DNA of 32,705 nt, from the NCBI GenBank assembly GCA_947628355.1, contig CANQZO010000001.1:1-32705 (forward strand). The letters are read 5' to 3'. This DNA comes from Candidatus Gastranaerophilales bacterium. Its GTDB lineage: Bacteria > Cyanobacteriota > Vampirovibrionia > Gastranaerophilales > Gastranaerophilaceae. This document shows, piece after piece, positions 24,324-31,746 of this stretch (position 1 is the stretch's first letter; the number at the start of each line of letters is the position of its first letter). The notes under the pieces are model-generated. The model was not told the origin of the DNA and made no database searches. It saw only the letters and a program-made list of their open reading frames with translations. The translations under genes and the position numbers were made by a program.

Positions 24324-25421
24324 TTATTTATAAGTATCGTGGCTGAATATTGAAATATCATCTTTTGTTTGTTCAAGTTTCATATTTAACTTGGTTCTTG
24401 CAAAATACTTAATTTTATTTTTGATTGAATGCTTTAAGCTGACAGGTTTTAATTCTCTTAAATAATCGGGCAGAAAACAGTGCTGTCTGTCATTAAATAT
24501 CGGGTTTTTAAGCATTTTTACAAAATCATTATAGTTATGGTGATTTTGATAAAACACAGCGTAATTTTCGCGGTTCATTATATATTCGGCATAACCGCCT
24601 ATGCAGGCAGAAAATGCTGCACGGGCATCAAGTTTTTGCGCCAGCTCGACAAACTTTGGCATATCTTTATAATTATCCGCAGTTATAACAAACATAATCT
24701 CAAAATCTTCAAGTTTCCCGCTTTTTTTCAAAGAGCTTATAAATTCAACATTTTTTATTACATCATTAAATTTATCAACCCTAAATATTTTTTTATAGGT
24801 TTCTCTTGTGGCAGCGTGCAAGGATATATGAACTCTAAATATTTTATCAAGCAGGTTATGCTTTTTTAAGTTTTCTTCCGTGCATTTTATACCGTTAGAT
24901 ATGAAATCCACTTTTATATTAGGATTATTTTTAATTATTGCAGAATACATTTTTTGTGTGTGCAGGGAATCAAAAAATTCACCTCGGCAGTTAATAAACA
25001 TATATTTAACATTTTTTGTAATCGGTAAAATGTGTGTTTCAAGTGCGTCTTCCCATTTTTTGCATTCCTCGGGAGGAAGGGCTTGGTGTTCATCTCTGCA
25101 TATTATACACCTTTGAGCGCAGGTATAGTCGTATCCTATATTAATATACTCAGGCAAGGGGGCTATAGTGCTGTCATATTCAAGATTTTCCGTTTTGTTT
25201 CCGTTGCAGTTTTCGTAATTGCAATATGTATATTTTCTCTCCATTACGTCGCGTCTGAAGTTCTGAGCCCGCTCTCCGTTCCAGATTTCTTCAATACTGT
25301 CTTCAAATATATTGCCGATTAAATTAAAATTGGAAAAGCAGGGATTACAGAAAAAACATTTTCCGTCATTATTTAACTCTAAACAATTCCAAGGGTTTTT
25401 ACAATATAAATTTCTATCCAT
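24324..25421 (-). CDS. Radical SAM enzyme, class B paralogue B4 (N-terminal twitch/SPASM-like domain)
   Basis: Starts at ATG 25421 (MDRNLYCKNPW...); the track's TTG at 25439 is also possible. Motifs CKNPWNCLELNNDGKCFFCNPC, GNIFEDSIEEIWNGERAQNF, CNYENC, CAQRCIIC, NCRGEFF, ISNGIKC and ISLHAAT. Confidence 0.85.
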   Translation of the reverse strand: MDRNLYCKNPWNCLELNNDGKCFFCNPCFSNFNLIGNIFEDSIEEIWNGERAQNFRRDVMERKYTYCNYENCNGNKTENLEYDSTIAPLPEYINIGYDYTCAQRCIICRDEHQALPPEECKKWEDALETHILPITKNVKYMFINCRGEFFDSLHTQKMYSAIIKNNPNIKVDFISNGIKCTEENLKKHNLLDKIFRVHISLHAATRETYKKIFRVDKFNDVIKNVEFISSLKKSGKLEDFEIMFVITADNYKDMPKFVELAQKLDARAAFSACIGGYAEYIMNRENYAVFYQNHHNYNDFVKMLKNPIFNDRQHCFLPDYLRELKPVSLKHSIKNKIKYFARTKLNMKLEQTKDDISIFSHDTYK

Positions 25422-25450
25422 AATTTTATGATAGCACAATTTTTAAATAA

Positions 25451-26446
25451 TTAATTTAGAAATTCTTTTAAACTGTTATATTCGCTATATTTCTCGGCAA
25501 TCATAAAATAAACGGGAAGATTTACGTTATATTCTTTTGCAAGCTCAATTACTATGAAAAACAAGAAGTCTATTTCTGATTTTTGACCTATTTTCATATC
25601 ATTTAAAATGGAAGAATAAACATTTGCATCATCACGTTCTTTATATTTTTCAAAATTAGAATAATATTCTTCAAGAAACCCATCTCTTACGTTAATATTT
25701 ATAGCTTTAGCAAGTATTAAAAGTTCACTGCAGAGTTTTTTAAATGTTTCTTCTTTTTCTCCGGTTATTTGATGGGCATTTATATCATAATAAATACAGC
25801 ATGCTTCAAAAGGCGAGCGCGTAATGAGGCGTTCAAACGCAAGCTCTAAAAATTGCTTTTCGGTAATTAAATGAGTATCCATGCCTGTTTGAGTAAAGTC
25901 TTCTTTTATTTGATTAAGAATTTTATTATCAATGTTATTGTGCGGTGCAAATTGAAACTCAACATATTCGCGCTGCTGGAGGTATTCGGCATCATTTCTG
26001 TTATACCAGCGGCATTTGCCTACAAATACGGAATTAAGAACATTAATATTTTTTAATTTTCTGCTTAAAGCATAACCCATACCAAATCCGTTTGCTATAG
26101 AGGTTACAATTGTTTTTTTATGCGAAATACGCTCAATAAACGGCACGGCAGATAAAATATCCGGTGTCCTGATACATAATATTATTACATCAGCTTTGCC
26201 CTTAAACTGTTCTTGAGTTTGTATTTTTACTTTATATCTTTTATCACCTTTTACATTTGAAATTAGTCTAATTCCGCCTTTTTCTTTTGCATTTTTTATA
26301 ACTGACTCATACTTTGAAATTAATGTAACATTTTTTCCCGCTGAATGCAGGAAGCAGGCAAAAGTTGCTCCTGTTGAGCCTGCGCCTATAACTACGTATT
26401 TTAATTTCTTATTAAAAAAATTTATTATACTCATTTTTTTAATCAT
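25451..26446 (-). CDS. ApbA/PanE-family (ketopantoate reductase-like) NAD(P)-dependent oxidoreductase
   Basis: 331 aa. N-terminal Rossmann motif KYVVIGAGSTGATFACFLHSAGKNVTLI, then ADVIILCIRTPD and SIANGFG, as in 2-dehydropantoate 2-reductase family proteins. ATG 26446 overlaps the S5 stop (ATGATTAA); ATG 26434 is an alternative start. Confidence 0.6.
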   Translation of the reverse strand: MIKKMSIINFFNKKLKYVVIGAGSTGATFACFLHSAGKNVTLISKYESVIKNAKEKGGIRLISNVKGDKRYKVKIQTQEQFKGKADVIILCIRTPDILSAVPFIERISHKKTIVTSIANGFGMGYALSRKLKNINVLNSVFVGKCRWYNRNDAEYLQQREYVEFQFAPHNNIDNKILNQIKEDFTQTGMDTHLITEKQFLELAFERLITRSPFEACCIYYDINAHQITGEKEETFKKLCSELLILAKAININVRDGFLEEYYSNFEKYKERDDANVYSSILNDMKIGQKSEIDFLFFIVIELAKEYNVNLPVYFMIAEKYSEYNSLKEFLN

Positions 26447-27350
26447 CTAAATGTTTTATAATATAGGGCAACATTTTATCCCAATAAAGCTCACCGGGAT
26501 GACATTCGTCTTTTGCCAGATATTCTTTTTCAACATCAGGTCTGGCAAATATAAAACCTGATTCTTTTTCCAGATTTATTATTTTGTATTTTGATAAAAA
26601 ATAATTTTGCGGAAAATCTTCAAGCTGAATAATTATAAATTTTGAGTCCGGATATAGTTCTTTTAAACCTTTAGATATGGAGTCTAAATATAAAATTGCG
26701 AAATTGTTGATACGAGTATTTATGAAATTAACAATTTTAAAATGCCCGTATAAATAATTATTTAGGAAATACAGGTTTTTGATATAATCTACAAAATACA
26801 TATATTCAAATATTGAGAATTTTCTTAATTTTAATTTCCCGTGATCATTTTTATAATAAATTTGAAAATGATCATGATTTTGCCAAGATGCATCTTGGTA
26901 CATTCTTCTTTTATGATCATCCATCCAAAAATATAAAATATATTTTGGCGGTATTTTGACATTTTCTTTTATATAACCTGTTTCTAAAATATTATATGTG
27001 TTTGCAAGACCGCCTCCCGGAACTCCAAAGTTATACACAGGCATATTCAGTGCTTTATTTAATTTAGCTGAAATCGTTTGATCATCGTCTAAAGCATAAC
27101 CGTATGCTATAGAACATCCTAAAACAAGAATGGAGTTTTTTTTGTTTTTTGCATCATAAAATTTTGCATTATACATTTTCCAATTATTGTGCGGATAGAA
27201 ATTAAGAAAAGCAAATTTTATATTATTCCCGCTTTTAGTATTAGATTTGACTTTTGTATAAAATGTAACAGTTTCAATAATAAAAATAGCAAAAACAAAT
27301 ATTATAAAATTAACTAGTATAATTAATGAAATCTTTTTTAATTTATTCAT
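26439..27350 (-). CDS. Membrane-anchored SGNH/GDSL-like protein S5
   Basis: 303 aa with an N-terminal anchor (ISLIILVNFIIFVFAIFIIETVTFY). Motifs LVLGCSIAYGYA, VPGGGL and KDECHPGELYW. Confidence 0.65.
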   Translation of the reverse strand: MNKLKKISLIILVNFIIFVFAIFIIETVTFYTKVKSNTKSGNNIKFAFLNFYPHNNWKMYNAKFYDAKNKKNSILVLGCSIAYGYALDDDQTISAKLNKALNMPVYNFGVPGGGLANTYNILETGYIKENVKIPPKYILYFWMDDHKRRMYQDASWQNHDHFQIYYKNDHGKLKLRKFSIFEYMYFVDYIKNLYFLNNYLYGHFKIVNFINTRINNFAILYLDSISKGLKELYPDSKFIIIQLEDFPQNYFLSKYKIINLEKESGFIFARPDVEKEYLAKDECHPGELYWDKMLPYIIKHLDD

Positions 27351-27403
27351 TTTGTCCCCTTTTCATAATTAGTTTATAATATTAAATTTCTTTTTACAAT
27401 AAT

Positions 27404-28483
27404 TTATCCGTTCTCATTTGAGGAAATTTTGTCTTCATATATACCTAAAATGTTTGAATATAATTCAGAGTTTATTCCCTTTTCCTTTGTTTTATTAATG
27501 AAAAACTCTGTCAGATTTTTAATTTTTAATATTAAATCTTGCGAGATTATATTATTTTCAAATACCCTGTTATCCAAATTTAAAATTAATTTATTTATAT
27601 CTATTTGTTTTGATTTTTCAATCCAAAGAGATATTTCTTCAACAGTATCATTAACATTGGGGACTATAACATATTTAGAAATAATTTGTTCCGGAAATTT
27701 TTGAACTTGCATATATTTGATTAAATTTTTCCAAACAAGGTCATAACTTTCAACCCCTTTTACTTTTTTATGAATTTCTTTAGATCCCGCATCTATAGAA
27801 ACTGTTAATGTTACAACACCCTTCTTTATGCCTTCTTCTATTATATTTGAATAATTTATTATATTTGAAAATACATAAACCTTTTTTATTCCGAAATTAA
27901 GGAAAAAGGATAAAGCATCTTCAAATTCTTTGTGCAGTGTTGGCTCTCCTCCGGCAAAATCTATTATTGTTTCCTTTGTTATAATGTTATTTTTTATAAG
28001 TTGTTTTATTATCGGCACAAAGGGATATGTATCACGCCCCTGTGATTTGGTTGTATATTCTCCTGTGGACAGTCGCATGGTATTTTTCCATGAGTCGCAA
28101 TATATACATCTTGAGTTGCAAATTCCGCCTTCCGAAAATTGAACGTATTCCATAAAGTTTTTTAATTTGGTTATATCACTCCTGTAATATTTTTTATCAA
28201 GATTATTACAGCCCTCGCAATTTTTAGGGATTATGCCTTTTGCCAGATTTTTTCTGTTTATTTGTATATGTTTTATTAACTCTTTTACATTAAATTTATT
28301 TTCAAAGTCTGTTAAATCTATATTGTCGTATATACAAGGGAAGACTCTATTTTGAGCAGGGTTGCCCATTGAACAAAAAGCAACTTTTCTTCCGAAAAAT
28401 GTAATATGGGAATTTAGAGCTTCACAAGAAACAAAATTTTCATTATTAATTTTTTGTTTTCTCCAAAACTTTATGTTTAACAT
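27404..28483 (-). CDS. Radical SAM enzyme, class A paralogue A12
   Basis: 359 aa. Motifs CNSRCIYC, DFAGGEPTLHKEF, SIDAGSKEIHKKVKGVESYD and KYVIVPNVNDT (sister of A3). AGGGAG SD 6 nt before the ATG. Confidence 0.9.
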   Translation of the reverse strand: MLNIKFWRKQKINNENFVSCEALNSHITFFGRKVAFCSMGNPAQNRVFPCIYDNIDLTDFENKFNVKELIKHIQINRKNLAKGIIPKNCEGCNNLDKKYYRSDITKLKNFMEYVQFSEGGICNSRCIYCDSWKNTMRLSTGEYTTKSQGRDTYPFVPIIKQLIKNNIITKETIIDFAGGEPTLHKEFEDALSFFLNFGIKKVYVFSNIINYSNIIEEGIKKGVVTLTVSIDAGSKEIHKKVKGVESYDLVWKNLIKYMQVQKFPEQIISKYVIVPNVNDTVEEISLWIEKSKQIDINKLILNLDNRVFENNIISQDLILKIKNLTEFFINKTKEKGINSELYSNILGIYEDKISSNENG

Positions 28484-28500
28484 TTCTTCTCCCTTATATT

Positions 28501-29487
28501 TTAATATGTTCCTTGCTCCATTAAAGCTACGGAAGTTAAATTTTTTCTTAATAATAGTCCCAGCTCTTTTGTTCGCTTTTCTGCATAATCAAAAATTGTA
28601 TAATTGTAATCTTCAACTTTTTGACCTTGTTTAGTATGTATTCCCCAACAGTATTCCATACTTATTTCTACACAGGTTAATCCGTATTTTTTACTTTCCA
28701 AAAGCCATTTTTCAACTTCTTCAATATTATCATTAAACCCTTTTAATATTATGTATTTAGATACAACATTATCAGTGTTATGCGGATTTTCTTTATATTT
28801 TTTAGCGGCCGAAACATATCTTTTTAAATTTTTCATGACCTGAAGATATTTATCTCTTTGTTTGATTTTTTTATATATATTACGGCTTCCGCAGCATACA
28901 GCAACTGTTATTGAACCCTTCCCCTTTTTAAGTAATTTTTCTACTGATTTTAAATATCTTATGCCCGAGCTTTCGCAGGTAGAAAAATTTAAATTGTGTT
29001 TTAAAAATAAATCAACCAGTTTTGGAAATTCTTTAAGAACGCCTATTTCTCCGCCGCCTACATTTACATACAGATAATTTAAGTCTATCTCGTTTAATTT
29101 GTACAGTTCTTTTATGGTTTGATAAATTTTGGGATTTCCGTATTTTATCTTATCACTGAACTCGCCTTTAGTTTCATCTCTATAGGAACAGTAAAAACAA
29201 CCGCAATTGCAGTGATACCAATAGTAAAGGTCTATTCTTTGTATTTTTTCGTTTAATACATTTTCCGTGTTTCTATAAATACAATCTTTACAACCTTCCG
29301 GAATAATATTATTATTTAAGGCATTTTTTATGCGGTTTCTTTGTTCTTTTATTTTATATGCAAGTTCTTTTGGCTTTTCTTCATAGGTTGATATTATTTC
29401 ACCTAATTGTAATGTTGTACAATATCTTACATTTTTTTGATGAAAACTTAATCCGTTAGTTAATAATTTACAATAGTTCTTCTGCAT
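28501..29487 (-). CDS. Radical SAM enzyme, class A paralogue A13
   Basis: 328 aa. Motifs CNCGCFYC, NVGGGEIGVLKEF, AVCCGSRNIYKKIKQRDKY and KYIILKGFNDN. Confidence 0.9.
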   Translation of the reverse strand: MQKNYCKLLTNGLSFHQKNVRYCTTLQLGEIISTYEEKPKELAYKIKEQRNRIKNALNNNIIPEGCKDCIYRNTENVLNEKIQRIDLYYWYHCNCGCFYCSYRDETKGEFSDKIKYGNPKIYQTIKELYKLNEIDLNYLYVNVGGGEIGVLKEFPKLVDLFLKHNLNFSTCESSGIRYLKSVEKLLKKGKGSITVAVCCGSRNIYKKIKQRDKYLQVMKNLKRYVSAAKKYKENPHNTDNVVSKYIILKGFNDNIEEVEKWLLESKKYGLTCVEISMEYCWGIHTKQGQKVEDYNYTIFDYAEKRTKELGLLLRKNLTSVALMEQGTY

Positions 29488-29571
29488 AATAATATCTTTT
29501 AGGATAACATATTGAATGGTAATATTCTACTTTTTATTGTAATATATAAATGTAGAAATTTGGAAGTTAAA

Positions 29572-30633
29572 ATGTCAATTATATGTAAATATTTAGCAGA
29601 AGAAATTCATTTTGCACCGACGAGAATTGTTCCATGCGGTGCTAATGTTTGGGATAGAGTCAGAGATGATATCGATACTTATTTTTTAAAACCTGATATT
29701 GACCAAAAAGGTATTGATTTTGATTTATACTTTAATAAACGAAAAGAATATATTGAACAGTTTAAAAATGGTAAAACACCTGAATTTTGTGTAAATTGTG
29801 AAAAATATACACCTGTTAATTATAATGATGACGAATGTAATGAATTAAAAATAAAAAAGATTAATATATATAACAGAACTATTTGCAGCTGCCGTTGTGT
29901 ATACTGCTGTTTAGCTGCATTTGGGAAAATGGATGCATTTAAGAAAATGAATTCGGATAAAAATTATGATATAAATCCGATTTTAAAGCAAATTGATGAT
30001 TTGCATTTAATAGAAGAAGGTTCTGAAATTGCTATTTTGGGCGGTGAATGCAGTGAATATCCCGATGAGCTTGAAAATGTCGTTAATTGGGGTAAAAAAT
30101 ATAATCCTAAATTTATTATTTTATCTAACGGAATAATTTATAATGATACAATAGCAAGTCTTTTATCTTCGGGGAATATTGAACTTAAAATTTCTTTAGA
30201 TTGCGGTTCTAAAGCGAAACATGAGCAAATTAAAAGAGTTAAAGCATTTGACAGAGTCATTCAAAATTTAGAAAATTACAGTAAAAAAGCCGAAAATAAT
30301 CCGAATGCCCAAATTCAATTAAGATATTTAATACTGCCAAAAATAAATGATAATATACAAGATGTGAAAAATTTTTTAAATATTGCAAGAAAATATAAAA
30401 TAAATACGGTAGTATTAAGCATTGAAAGAGAATGGATGCAGGATAACAACCAAAAGAGAGTTCCTTCTCATCTTAGAAAATTTATAAAATTTTGTGCGTT
30501 TAATAAAGAATATAAAGATATACATATCGGCTTTGATAAAAGTCATATATGGGATTGGTGGCTTGAAAAAGTATTAAACGAAAAAACAATTTTTGATAAA
30601 TTAAAAATGTTTTGGAACAAGAATAATTTTTAG
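29572..30633 (+). CDS. Radical SAM enzyme, class A paralogue A14 (GGGECxEYP subclade)
   Basis: Starts at ATG 29572 (MSIICKYLAEE...) with GGAAG upstream; the track's TTG at 29512 adds 20 unconserved residues. Motifs CSCRCVYC, AILGGECSEYP, SLDCGSKAKHEQIKRVKAFD and RYLILPKINDN. Confidence 0.85.
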   Translation: MSIICKYLAEEIHFAPTRIVPCGANVWDRVRDDIDTYFLKPDIDQKGIDFDLYFNKRKEYIEQFKNGKTPEFCVNCEKYTPVNYNDDECNELKIKKINIYNRTICSCRCVYCCLAAFGKMDAFKKMNSDKNYDINPILKQIDDLHLIEEGSEIAILGGECSEYPDELENVVNWGKKYNPKFIILSNGIIYNDTIASLLSSGNIELKISLDCGSKAKHEQIKRVKAFDRVIQNLENYSKKAENNPNAQIQLRYLILPKINDNIQDVKNFLNIARKYKINTVVLSIEREWMQDNNQKRVPSHLRKFIKFCAFNKEYKDIHIGFDKSHIWDWWLEKVLNEKTIFDKLKMFWNKNNF

Positions 30634-31673
30634 TGGATATTAAAATATCTGTTTACAACGCGAATTTCATCATATTTATATTTATCCCAAACAGGGTCTT
30701 TATATTTTGAAACATTTGATGTGAGCATAATTGAAGCCATATTCCCGACATAAAAATTACAATGCATTACATTAACAACTTTATCTTTTGTTTTGTAAAA
30801 TAAATCAATGATATGAGGGCTGATATTATCTCGGTTCGGCCTGAAATAATGAGCATTGATATCCAGAACTATGTTTTTAACATTTACCTGTCTGCATTTT
30901 TCAAGCCATTTATTTATCTCGTCCTCATTATCGTTATATCCCGGAACTACAATATACTTTACACTTACTAAATCATCATATAAAGCATTTTTATTATATT
31001 TATTAATGTTTCTCCATACTTTATCAAAAGTTTTTACTCTCTTTATCTTCATGTGTACTTCTTTAGAACCTGCATCTACCGAAATGACAATACTGCTTTT
31101 TCCCTGTTTTAATTTTTTTCCTATGGTAGATGAATAATCAACTCCCGAACTGTTCATAACATAAAAATAATTATATTTATCAAGTAATTTAACTATTTTA
31201 TTAAATTCTTTCAAACAGGTAAACTCGCCTCCTGCAAAATTTGCCAGTCCGTTTTTGTCTATAATATCTCTTTCCGCCATTTTCTTTAATATCGGATATA
31301 CACTATACGTTTTTAAAGAATTAAAATATTTTTTATCTTGACCTGTATAACAATAGATACAATTTGAATTACATTTTGTCCAATGCTGTATCATTAAATT
31401 TTTAATTTTTGGTTGATTAATGGGTAAATTATCTTCCTCTTTTAAATCTATACACCCCTCACAATTTTCTGTTTCTTCCCCTTTTAAACATTTTTCATAA
31501 ATTTTATATCTGTTTTCTATTAGTTTATCAATGTCAAAAGTTTTATCCGTTATATTATCAAGTATACAAATTTCCCCACCCCCTTTATGTCCGAGCTGTG
31601 AACACAAATTAATTTTATTTTCATAGAAAAATTGAATACCGTGTTTAATAAATCCGCAACATTTATATTTCAT
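30630..31673 (-). CDS. Radical SAM enzyme, class A paralogue A15
   Basis: 347 aa. Motifs CNSNCIYC, NFAGGEFTCLKEF, SVDAGSKEVHMKIKRVKTFD and KYIVVPGYNDN. GGAG SD 8 nt before the ATG. Confidence 0.9.
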   Translation of the reverse strand: MKYKCCGFIKHGIQFFYENKINLCSQLGHKGGGEICILDNITDKTFDIDKLIENRYKIYEKCLKGEETENCEGCIDLKEEDNLPINQPKIKNLMIQHWTKCNSNCIYCYTGQDKKYFNSLKTYSVYPILKKMAERDIIDKNGLANFAGGEFTCLKEFNKIVKLLDKYNYFYVMNSSGVDYSSTIGKKLKQGKSSIVISVDAGSKEVHMKIKRVKTFDKVWRNINKYNKNALYDDLVSVKYIVVPGYNDNEDEINKWLEKCRQVNVKNIVLDINAHYFRPNRDNISPHIIDLFYKTKDKVVNVMHCNFYVGNMASIMLTSNVSKYKDPVWDKYKYDEIRVVNRYFNIH

Positions 31674-31746
31674 TTATTTGCTCCGTTATAATTTTAATAT
31701 TTACTTGTAACTTTAATATTTTACTATGGTTTTATATGTTTTTAAA

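Noticed and set aside
13400-25320. Recent gene conversion or cassette-type recombination between class B paralogues, based on the conserved EIWNGDRAKEF-coding stretch
   Set aside because: The longest identical nucleotide runs I could find are about 11-20 nt, within a region under strong protein-level constraint. The flanks diverge quickly, so there is no visible evidence of recent exchange. A proper dot-plot or GENECONV analysis would be needed.
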